A stretch of 64,000 nucleotides of DNA from Eledone cirrhosa. Its lineage: Eukaryota. The stretch is taken from assembly GCA_964016885.1 (NCBI GenBank), contig OZ024741.1:244156001-244220000 (forward strand), in the 5' to 3' direction. Below are positions 1 to 11,300 of the stretch, one piece after another. How positions within the stretch are numbered: position 1 is the stretch's first letter; each line of letters opens with the position of its first letter. The position numbers and the translations under genes were made by a program. The notes beneath the pieces were generated by a model, which ran no database searches, was not told the origin of the DNA, and was given only the letters and a program-made list of their open reading frames with translations.

Positions 1-11
1 TTTCTTGAAAA

Positions 12-207
12 TCACACCACACTCAGCAAATCTGTGTCTGCACATGTACCAGTAATTACAGATCGATCCGCCCACGGGCGGCCGGCCCACGATCGAAAAT
101 GTAACTCCGCCGGCAAATTCGCATTTTTGTCATTCGTTTCTTCGAAGCACACCATTCGCTGGTGGACATCAGCTTCCTTATTTAGCATGGGCAGCTTTTC
201 TTGAAGA
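12..207 (+). repeat. Example of the 196-bp monomer subtype C
   Basis: Linked changes ATCCGCCCAC, GAAAATGTAAC, TTGTCATTCG and CTGGTGGACATCAGCTTCCTTATT. Recurs at e.g. 1784, 8468, 9256, 13972, 22044, 44455 and 62736. Confidence 0.9.
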
Positions 208-407
208 TCACACCACACACCGCCAATGAGTGTCTGCACATGTACCAGTAATTACAGATCGATCCGACCACGGGCGGCCGGCCCACGATCGAGAAAAAGG
301 TAACTCCGCCGGCAAATAGTCATTTTTGTGATTCGTTTTCTTCGAAGCACACCATTCGCCGCCGGACTTCAGCTTCCTCATTTAGCATGGGCAGCTTTTC
401 TTGAAAA
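208..407 (+). repeat. Example of the 200-bp long monomer subtype (L); 49 copies plus one 201-bp derivative
   Basis: CGATCGAGAAAAAGG (+3 bp), AAATAGTC and CGTTTTCTT (+1 bp). It produces the recurring MIRFLRSTP pseudo-ORF. Confidence 0.95.
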
Positions 408-799
408 TCACACCACACACAGAAAATGTGTGTCTGCACTGGTACCAGTAATTACAGATCGATCCGACTACGGGCGGCCGGCCCACGATCGAAAAGGTAA
501 CTCCGCCGGCAAATCCGCATTTTTGTGATTCGTTTCTTCGAAGCACACCATTCGCTGGTGGACTTCAGCTTCCTCATTTAACATGGGCAGCTTTTCTTGA
601 AAATCACACCACACTCAGCAAATGTGTGTCTGCACATGTACCAGTAATTACAGATCGATCCGACCACGGGCGGCCGGCCCACGATCGAAAAGGTAACTCC
701 GCCGGCAAATACGCATTTTTGTGATTCGTTTCTTCGAAGCACACCATTCGCCGCCGGACTTCAGCTTCCTCATTTAGCATGGGCGGTTTTTCTTGAAAA

Positions 800-995
800 T
801 CACACCACACGCAGCAAATGTGTGTCTGCACAGGTACCAGTACGTACAGATCGATGCGACCACGGGCGGCCGGCCCACATTCGAAAAGGTTACTCCGCCT
901 GCAAATCGTCATTTTCGGATTCGTTTTCTTCGAAGCACACCATTCGCCGGCGGACTTCAGCTGCCTCATTTAACATGGGCAGTTTTTCTTGAAGA
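800..995 (+). repeat. Example of the divergent 196-bp monomer subtype (D)
   Basis: Linked changes: GTACGTAC, CACATTCGAAAAGGTTAC, CCGCCTGCAAATCGTCATTTTCGGATTCGTTTTCTT, GCCGGCGGAC, CAGCTGCC and CAGTTTTTCTTGAAGATC. The next monomer usually begins ...CCGCCAATGAG. Confidence 0.93.
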
Positions 996-2179
996 TCACA
1001 CCACACACCGCCATTGAGTGTCTGCACATGTACCAGTAATTACAGATCGATCCGACCCCGGGCGGCCGGCCCACGATCGAAAAGGTAACTCCGCCGGCAA
1101 ATCCGCATTTTTGTGATTCGTTTCTTCGAAGCACACCATTCGCCGCCGGACTTCAGCTTCCTCATTTAGCATGGGCGGTTTTTCTTGAAAATCACACCAC
1201 ACACAGCAAATGTGTGTCTGCACATGTGCCAGTACGTACAGATCGATCCGACCACGGGCGGCCGGCCCACATTCGAAAAGGTTACTCCGCCTGCAAATCG
1301 TCATTTTCGGATTCGTTTTCTTCGAAGCACACCATTCGCCGGCGGACTTCAGCTGCCTCATTTAACATGGGCAGTTTTTCTTGAAGATCACACCACACAC
1401 CGCCAATGAGTGTTTGCACATGTACCAGTAATTACAGATCGATCCGACCAGGGGCGGCCGGCCCACGATCGAGAAAAAGGTAACTCCGCCGGCAAATAGT
1501 CATTTTTGTGATTCGTTTTCTTCGAAGCACACCATTCGCCGCCGGACTTCAGCTTCCTCATTTAGCATGGGCAGCTTTTCTTGAAAATCACACCACACAC
1601 AGAAAATGTGTGTCTGCACAGGTACCAGTAATTACAGATCGATCCGACCACGGGCGGCCGGCCCACGATCGAAAAGGTAACTCCGCCGGCAAATCCGCAT
1701 TTTTGTGATTCGTTTCTTCGAAGCACACCATTCGCTGGTGGACTTCAGCTTCCTCCTTTAACATGGGCAGCTTTTCTTGAAAATCACACCACACTCAGCA
1801 ATTGTGTGTCTGCACATGTACCAGTAATTACAGATCGATCCGCCCACGGGCGGCCGACCCACGATCGAAAATGTAACTCCGCCGGCAAATTCGCATTTTT
1901 GTCATTCGTTTCTTCGAAGCACACCATTCGCTGGTGGACATCAGCTTCCTTATTTAGCATGGGCAGCTTTTCTTGAAAATCAAACCACACACAGCAAATG
2001 TGTGTCTGCACATGTACCAGTAATTACAGATCGATCCAACCACGGGCGGCCGGCCCACGATCGAGAAAAAGGTAACTCCGCCGGCAAATAGTCATTTTTG
2101 TGATTCGTTTTCTTCGAAGCACACCATTAGCCGCCGGACTTCAGCTTCCTCATTTAGCATGGGCAGCTTTTCTTGAAAA

Positions 2180-2375
2180 TCACACCACACACAGAAAATG
2201 TGTGTCTGCACAGGTACCAGTAATTACAGATCGATCCGACCACGGGCGGCCGGCCCACGATCGAAAAGGTAACTCCGCCGGCAAATCCGCATTTTTGTGA
2301 TTCGTTTCTTCGAAGCACACCATTCGCCGCCGGACTTCAGCTTCCTCATTTAGCATGGGCAGCTTTTCTTGAAAA
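2180..2375 (+). repeat. Example of the major 196-bp monomer subtype (A)
   Basis: Carries GTAATTAC, CGATCGAAAAGGTAAC, AAATCCGCATTTTTGTGATTCGTTTCTT and TTCGCCGCCGGAC. Copies differ at only a few diagnostic sites (e.g. AGAAAATG/AGCAAATC; CAGGTACC/CATTTACC/CATGTACC). Confidence 0.95.
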
Positions 2376-5327
2376 TCACACCACACACAGCAAATCTGTG
2401 TCTGCACATTTACCAGTAATTACAGATCGATCCGACCACGGGCGGCCGGCCCACGATCGAAAAGGTAACTCCGCCGGCAAATTCGCATTTTTGTGATTCG
2501 TTTCTTCGAAGCACACCATTCGCTGGTGGACATCAGCTTCCTTATTTAGCATGGGCAGCTTTTCTTGAAAATCAAACCACACACAGCAAATGTGTGTCTG
2601 CACATGTACCAGTAATTACAGATCGATCCAACCACGGGCGGCCGGCCCACGATCGAGAAAAAGGTAACTCCGCCGGCAAATAGTCATTTTTGTGATTCGT
2701 TTTCTTCGAAGCACACCATTAGCCGCCGGACTTCAGCTTCCTCATTTAGCATGGGCAGCTTTTCTTGAAAATCACACCACACACAGAAAATGTGTGTCTG
2801 CACAGGTCCCAGTAATTACAGATCGATCCGACCACGGGCGGCCGGCCCACGATCGAAAAGGTAACTCCGCCGGCAAATCCGCATTTTTGTGATTCGTTTC
2901 TTCGAAGCACACCATTCGCCGCCGGACTTCAGCTTCCTCATTTAGCATGGGCAGCTTTTCTTGAAAATCACACCACACACAGCAAATCTGTGTCTGCACA
3001 TTTACCAGTAATTACAGATCGATCCGACCACGGGCGGCCGGCCCACGATCGAAAAGGTAACTCCGCCGGCAAATCCGCATTTTTGTGATTCGTTTCTTCG
3101 AAGCACACCATTCGCCGCCGGACTTCAGCTTCCTCATTTAGCATGGGCAGCTTTTCTTGAAAATCACACCACACACAGCCAATGAGGGTCTGCACATCTA
3201 CCAGTAATTACAGATCGATCCGACCACGGGCGGCCGGCCCACAATCAAAAAGGTAACTCCGCCGGCAAATTCGCATTTTTGTGATTCGTTTCTTCGAAGC
3301 ACACCATTCGTTGGTGGACTTCAGCTTCCTCATTTAGCATGGGCAGCTTTTCTTGAAAATCACACCACACACAGCAAATGTGTGTCTGCACATTTACCAG
3401 TAATTACAGATCGATCCGACCACGGGCGGCCGGCTCACGATCGAAAAGGTAACTCCGCCGGCAAATTCGCATTTTTGTGATTCGTTTCTTCGAAGCACAC
3501 CATTCGCTGGTGGACTTCAGCTTCCTCATTTAACATGGGCAGCTTTTCTTGAAAATCACACCACACACAGAAAATGTGTGTCTGCACAGGTACCAGTAAT
3601 CACAGATCGATCCGACCACGGGCGGCCGGCCCACGATCGAAAAGGTAACTCCGCCGGCAAATCCGCATTTTTGTGATTCGTTTCTTCGAAGCACACCATT
3701 CGCCGCCGGACTTCAGCTTCCTCATTTAGCATGGGCAGCTTTTCTTGAAAATCACACCACACACAGCAAATCTGTGTCTGCACATTTACCAGTAATTACA
3801 GATCGATCCGACCACGGGCGGCCGGCCCACGATCGAAAAGGTAACTCCGCCGGCAAATCCGCATTTTTGTGATTCGTTTCTTCGAAGCACACCATTCGCC
3901 GCCGGACTTCAGCTTCCTCATTTAGCATGGGCAGCTTTTCTTAAAAATCACACCACACTCAGCAAATGTGTGTCTGCACATGTACCAGTACGTACAGATC
4001 GATCCGACCACGGGCGGCCGGCCCACATTCGAAAAGGTTACTCCGCCTGCAAATCGTCATTTTCGGATTCGTTTTCTTCGAAGCACACCATTCGCCGGCG
4101 GACTTCAGCTGCCTCATTTAACATGGGCAGTTTTTCTTGAAGATCACACCACACACCGCCAATGAGTGTTTGCACATGTACCAGTAATTACAGATCGATC
4201 CGACCACGGGCGGCCGGCCCACGATCGAGAAAAAGGTAACTCCGCCGGCAAATAGTCATTTTTGTGATTCGTTTTCTTCGAAGCACACCATTAGCCGCCG
4301 GACTTCAGCTTCCTCATTTAGCATGGGCAGCTTTTCTTGAAAATCACACCACACACAGAAAATGTGTGTCTGCACAGGTACCAGTAATTACAGATCGATC
4401 CGACCACGGGCGGCCGGCCCACGATCGAAAAGGTAACTCCGCCGGCAAATCCGCATTTTTGTGATTCGTTTCTTCGAAGCACACCATTCGCCGCCGGACT
4501 TCAGCTTCCTCATTTAGCATGGGCAGCTTTTCTTGAAAATCACACCACACACAGCAAATCTGTGTCTGCACATTTACCAGTAATTACAGATCGATCCGAC
4601 CACGGGCGGCCGGCCCACGATCGAAAAGGTAACTCCGCCGGCAAATCCGCATTTTTGTGATTCGTTTCTTCGAAGCACACCATTCGCTGGTGGACTTCAG
4701 CTTCCTCATTTAACATGGGCAGCTTTTCTTGAAAATCACACCACAATCAGCAATTGTGTGTCTGCACATGTACCAGTAATTACAGATCGATCCGCCCACG
4801 GGCGGCCGACCCACGATCGAAAATGTAACTCCGCCGGCAAATTCGCATTTTTGTCATTCGTTTCTTCGAAGCACACCATTCGCCGCCGGACTTCAGCTTC
4901 CTCATTTAGCATGGGCAGCTTTTCTTGAAAATCACACCACACACAGCAAATCTGTGTCTGCACATTTACCAGTAATTACAGATCGATCCGACCACGGGCG
5001 GCCGGCCCACGATCGAAAAGGTAACTCCGCCGGCAAATCCGCATTTTTGTGATTCGTTTCTTCGAAGCACACCATTCGCCGCCGGACTTCAGCTTCCTCA
5101 TTTAGCATGGGCAGCTTTTCTTAAAAATCACACCACACTCAGCAAATGTGTGTCTGCACATGTACCAGTAATTACAGATCGATCCGACCACGGGCGGCCG
5201 GCCCACGATCGAGAAAAAGGTAACTCCGCCGGCAAATAGTCATTTTTGTGATTCGTTTTCTTCGAAGCACACCATTAGCCGCCGGACTTCAGCTTCCTCA
5301 TTTAGCATGGGCAGCTTTTCTTGAAAA

Positions 5328-8300
5328 TCACACCACACACAGAAAATGTGTGTCTGCACAGGTACCAGTAATTACAGATCGATCCGACCACGGGCGGCCG
5401 GCCCACGATCGAAAAGGTAACTCCGCCGGCAAATCCGCATTTTTGTGATTCGTTTCTTCGAAGCACACCATTCGCCGCCGGACTTCAGCTTCCTCATTTA
5501 GCATGGGCAGCTTTTCTTGAAAATCACACCACACACAGCAAATCTGTGTCTGCACATTTACCAGTAATTACAGATCGATCCGACCACGGGCGGCCGGCCC
5601 ACGATCGAAAAGGTAACTCCGCCGGCAAATTCGCATTTTTGTGATTCGTTTCTTCGAAGCACACCATTCGCTGGTGGACTTCAGCTTCCTCATTTAACAT
5701 GGGCAGCTTTTCTTGAAAATCACACCACACTCAGCAAATGTGTGTCTGCACATGTACCAGTAATTACAGATCGATCCGACCACGGGCGGCCGGCCCACGA
5801 TCGAAAAGGTAACTCCGCCGGCAAATACGCATTTTTGTGATTCGTTTCTTCGAAGCACACCATTCGCCGCCGGACTTCAGCTTCCTCATTTAGCATGGGC
5901 GGTTTTTCTTGAAAATCACACCACACACAGCAAATGTGTGTCTGCACAGGTACCAGTACGTACAGATCGATCCGACCACGGGCGGCCGGCCCACATTCGA
6001 AAAGGTTACTCCGCCTGCAAATCGTCATTTTCGGATTCGTTTTCTTCGAAGCACACCATTTGCCGGCGGACTTCAGCTGCCTCATTTAACATGGGCAGTT
6101 TTTCTTGAAGATCACACCACACACCGCCAATGAGTATCTGCACATGTACCAGTAATTACAGATCGATCCGACCCCGGGCGGCCGGCCCACGATCGAAAAG
6201 GTAACTCCGCCGGCAAATCCGCATTTTTGTGATTCGTTTCTTCGAAGCACACCATTCGCCGCCGGACTTCAGCTTCCTCATTTAGCATGGGCAGCTTTTC
6301 TTGAAAATCACACCACACACAGAAAATGTGTGTCTGCACAGGTACCAGTAATTACAGATCGATCCGACCACGGGCGGCCGGCCCACGATCGAAAAGGTAA
6401 CTCCGCCGGCAAATCCGCATTTTTGTGATTCGTTTCTTCGAAGCACACCATTCGCCGCCGGACTTCAGCTTCCTCATTTAGCATGGGCAGCTTTTCTTGA
6501 AAATCACACCACACACAGCCAATGAGTGTCTGCACATCTACCAGTAATTACAGATCGATCCGACCACGGGCGGCCGGCCCACAATAAAAAAGGTAACTCC
6601 GCCGGCAAATTCGCATTTTTGTGATTCGTTTCTTCGAAGCACACCATTCGTTGGTGGACTTCAGCTTCCTCATTTAGCATGGGCAGCTTTTCTTGAAAAT
6701 CACAGCACACTCAGCAAATGTGTGTCTGCACATGTACCAGTAATTACAGATCGATCCGCCCACGGGCGGCCGGCCCACGATCGAAAATGTAACTCCGCCG
6801 GCAAATTCGCATTTTTGTGATTCGTTTCTTCGAAGCACACCATTCGCTGGTGGACATCAGCTTCCTTATTTAGCATGGGCAGCTTTTCTTGAAAATCAAA
6901 CCACACACAGCAAATGTGTGTCTGCATATGTACCAGTAATTACAGATCGATCCGACCACGGGCGGCCGGCCCACGATCGAAAAGGTAACTCCGCCGGCAA
7001 ATCCGCATTTTTGTGATTCGTTTCTTCGAAGCACACCATTCGCCGCCGGACTTCAGCTTCCTCATTTAGCATGGGCGGTTTTTCTTGAAAATCACACCAC
7101 ACACAGCAAATCTGTGTCTGCACATGTACCAGTACGTACAGATCGATCCGACCACGGGAGGCCGGCCCACATTCGAAAAGGTTACTCCGCCTGCAAATCG
7201 TCATTTTCGGATTCGTTTTCTTCGAAGCACACCATTCGCCGGCGGACTTCAGCTGCCTCATTTAACATGGGCAGTTTTTCTTGAAGATCACACCACACAC
7301 CGCCAATGAGTGTTTGCACATGTACCAGTAATTACAGATCGATCCGACCACGGGCGGCCGGCCCACGATCGAGAAAAAGGTAACTCCGCCGGCAAATAGT
7401 CATTTTTGTGATTCGTTTTCTTCGAAGCACACCATTCGCCGCCGGACTTCAGCTTCCTCATTTAGCATGGGCAGCTTTTCTTGAAAATCACACCACACAC
7501 AGAAAATGTCTGTCTGCACAGGTACTAGTAATTACAGATCGATCCGAAGACGGGCGGCCGGCCCACGATCGAAAAGGTAACTCCGCCGGCAAATCCGCAT
7601 TTTTGTGATTCGTTTCTTCGAAGCACACCATTCGCCGCCGGACTTCAGCTTCCTCATTTAGCATGGGCAGCTTTTCTTGAAAATCACACCACACACAGCA
7701 AATCGGTGTCTGCACATGTACCAGTAATTACAGATCGATCCGACCACGGGCGGCCGGCCCACGATCGAAAAGGTAACTCCGCCGGCAAATCCGCATTTTT
7801 GTGATTCGTTTCTTCGAAGCAAACCATTCGCCGCCGGACTTCAGCTTCCTCATTTAGCATGGGCAGCTTTTCTTAAAAATCACACCACATTCAGCAAATG
7901 TGTGTCTGCACATGTACCAGTACGTACAGATCGATCCGACCACGGGCGGCCGGCCCACGATCGAAAAGGTAACTCCGCCGGCAAATCCGCATTTTTGTGA
8001 TTCGTTTCTTCGAAGCACACCATTCGCCGCCGGACTTCAGCTTCCTCATTTAGCATGGGCAGCTTTTCTTGAAAATCACACCACACACAGCAAATCTGTG
8101 TCTGCACATTTACCAGTAATTACAGATCGATCCGACCACGGGCGGCCGGCCCACGATCGAAAAGGTAACTCCGCTGGCAAATCCGCATTTTTGTGATTCG
8201 TTTCTTCGAAGCACACCATTCGCCGCCGGACTTCAGCTTCCTCATTTAGCATGGGCAGCCTTTCTTGAAAATCACACCACACACAGCAAATGTGTGTCTG

Positions 8301-11300
8301 CACATTTACCAGTAATTACAGATCGATCCGAGCACGGGCGGCCGGCCCACGATCGAAAAGGTAACTCCGCCGGCAAATTCGCATTTTTGTGATTCGTTTC
8401 TTCGAAGCACACCATTCGCTGGTGGACTTCAGCTTCCTCATTTAACATGGGCAGCTTTTCTTGAAAATCACACCACACTCAGCAAATCTGTGTCTGCACA
8501 TGTACCAGTAATTACAGATCGATCCGCCCACGGGCGGCCGGCCCACGATCGAAAATGTAACTCCGCCGGCAAATTCGCATTTTTGTCATTCGTTTCTTCG
8601 AAGCACACCATTCGCTGGTGGACATCAGCTTCCTTATTTAGCATGGGCAGCTTTTCTTGAAGATCACACCACACACCGCCAATGAGTGTCTGCACATGTA
8701 CCAGTAATTACAGATCGATCCGACCACGGGCGGCCGGCCCACGATCGAGAAAAAGGTAACTCCGCCGGCAAATAGTCATTTTTGTGATTCGTTTTCTTCG
8801 AAGCACACCATTCGCCGCCGGACTTCAGCTTCCTCATTTAGCATGGGCAGCTTTTCTTGAAAATCACACCACACACAGAAAATGTGTGTCTGCACTGGTA
8901 CCAGTAATTACAGATCGATCCGACTACGGGCGGCCGGCCCACGATCGAAAAGGTAACTCCGCCGGCAAATCCGCATTTTTGTGATTCGTTTCTTCGAAGC
9001 ACACCATTCGCCGCCGGACTTCAGCTTCCTCATTTAGCATGGGCAGCTTTTCTTGAAAATCACACCACACACAGCAAATGTCTGTCTGCACATTTACCAG
9101 TAATTACAGATCGATTCGACCACGGGCGGCCGGCCCACGATCGAAAAGGTAACTCCGCCGGCAAATTCGCATTTTTGTGATTCGTTTCTTCGAAGCACAC
9201 CATTCGCTGGTGGACTTCAGCTTCCTCATTTAACATGGGCAGCTTTTCTTGAAAATCACACCACACTCAGCAAATGTGTGTCTGCACATGTACCAGTAAT
9301 TACAGATCGATCCGCCCACGGGCGGCCGGCCCACGATCGAAAATGTAACTCCGCCGGCAAATTCGCATTTTTGTCATTCGTTTCTTCGAAGCACACCATT
9401 CGCTGGTGGACATCAGCTTCCTTATTTAGCATGGGCAGCTTTTCTTGAAAATCACACCACACACAGCAAATGTGTGTCTGCACATTTACCAGTAATTACC
9501 GATCGATCCGACCACGGGCGGCCGGCCCACGATCGAAAAGGTAATTCCGCCGGCAAATCCGCATTTTTGTGATTCGTTTCTTCGAAGCACACCATTCGCC
9601 GCCGGACTTCAGCTTCCTCATTTAGCATGGGCGGTTTTTCTTGAAAATCACACCACACACAGCAAATGTGTGTCTGCACATGTACCAGTACGTACAGATC
9701 AATCCGACCACGGGCGGCCGGCCCACATTCGAAAAGGTTACTCCGCCTGCAAATCGTCATTTTCGGATTCGTTTTCTTCGAAGCACACCATTCGCCGGCG
9801 GACTTCAGCTGCCTCATTTAACATGGGCAGTTTTTCTTGAAGATCACACCACACACCGCCAATGAGTGTTCGCATATGTACCAGTAATTACAGATCGATC
9901 CGACCACGGGCGGCCGGCCCACGATCGAGAAAAAGGTAACTCCGCCGGCAAATAGTCATTTTTGTGATTCGTTTTCTTCGAAGCACACCATTCGCCGCCG
10001 GACTTCAGCTTCCTCATTTAGCATGGGCAGCTTTTCTTGAAAATCACACCACACACAGCAAATGTGTGTCTGCACTGGTACCAGTAATTACAGATCGATC
10101 CGACCACGGGCGGCCGGCCCACGATCGAAAAGGTAACTCCGCCGGCAAATCCGCATTTTTGTGATTCGTTTCTTCGAAGCACACCATTCGCCGCCGGACT
10201 TCAGCTTCCTCATTTAGCATGGGCAGCTTTTCTTGAAAATCACACCACACACAGCCAATGAGTGTCTGCACATCTACCAGTAATTACAGATCGATCCGAC
10301 CACGGGCGGCCGGCCCACAATCGAAAAGGTAACTCCGCCGGCAAATTCGCATTTTTGTGATTCGTTTCTTCGAAGCACACCATTCGCTGGTGGACTTCAG
10401 CTTCCTCATTTAGCATGGGCAGCTTTTCTTGAAAATCACACCACACACAGCAAATGTGTGTCTGCACATGTAACAGTACGTACAGATCGATCCGACCACG
10501 GGCGGCCGGACCACATTCGAAAAGGTTACTCCGCCTGCAAATCGTCATTTTCGGATTCGTTTTCTTCGAAACACACCATTCGCCGGCGGACTTCAGCTGC
10601 CTCATTTAACATGGGCAGTTTTTCTTGAAGATCACACCACACACAGCCAATGAGTGTTTGCACATGTACCAGTAATTACAGATCGATCCGACCACGGGCG
10701 GCCGGCCCACGATCGAAAAAAAGGTAACTCCGCCTGCAAATAGTCATTTTTGTGATTCGTTTTCTTCGAAGCACACCATTCGCCGCCGGACTTCAGCTGC
10801 CTCATTTAACATGGGCAGTTTTTCTTGAAGATCACACCACACACAGCAAATGTGTGTCTGCACAGGTACCAGTAATTACAGATCGATCCGACCACGGGCG
10901 GCCGGCCCACGATCGAAAAGGTAACTCCGCCGGCAAATCCGCATTTTTGTGATTCGTTTCTTCGAAGCACACCATTCGCCGCCGGACTTCAGCTTCCTCA
11001 TTTAGCATGGGCAGCTTTTCTTGAAAATCACACCACACGCAGCAAATCTGTGTCTGCACATTTACCAGTAATTACAGATCGATCCGACCACGGGCGGCCG
11101 GCCCACGATCGAAAAGGTAACTCCGCCGGCAAATTCGCATTTTTGTGATTCGTTTCTTCGAAGCACACCATTCGCTGGTGGACTTCAGCTTCCTCATTTA
11201 ACATGGGCAGCTTTTCTTGAAAATCACACCACACTCAGCAAATGTGTGTCTGCACATGTACCAGTAATTACAGATCGATCCGACCACGGGCGGCCGGCCC

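Noticed and set aside
130-185. Hammerhead ribozyme as in newt, schistosome or cricket satellites (minus strand has CTGATGT/CTGAAGT upstream of GAAAC)
   Set aside because: The core requires CUGANGA, but here it is CUGANGU, and I could not build stem II between it and GAAA. An Infernal search with Rfam hammerhead models would settle it.
12-240. Compensatory stem pair ACACTCA / TGAGTGT in the CA/TG hairpin
   Set aside because: Both variants exist and would pair, but I never saw them in the same monomer, so they do not support covariation.
2180-2375. Trypanosoma cruzi 195-bp satellite or other well-known satellites (alpha, CEN178)
   Set aside because: Only the length is similar. I recognise no sequence similarity from memory, and no database search was run.
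2180-2375. Tandem tRNA, 5S rRNA, snRNA or SL-RNA gene array
   Set aside because: There is no cloverleaf, no canonical Pol III A/B boxes at a plausible spacing, no recognisable 5S/snRNA/SL sequence, and no conserved-gene versus variable-spacer partition. tRNAscan-SE or Rfam would confirm.
3306-3325. CENP-B box (TTCGTTGG in some variants; TCG...A...CGGG in the core)
   Set aside because: Neither site fits the NTTCGNNNNANNCGGGN spacing on either strand.
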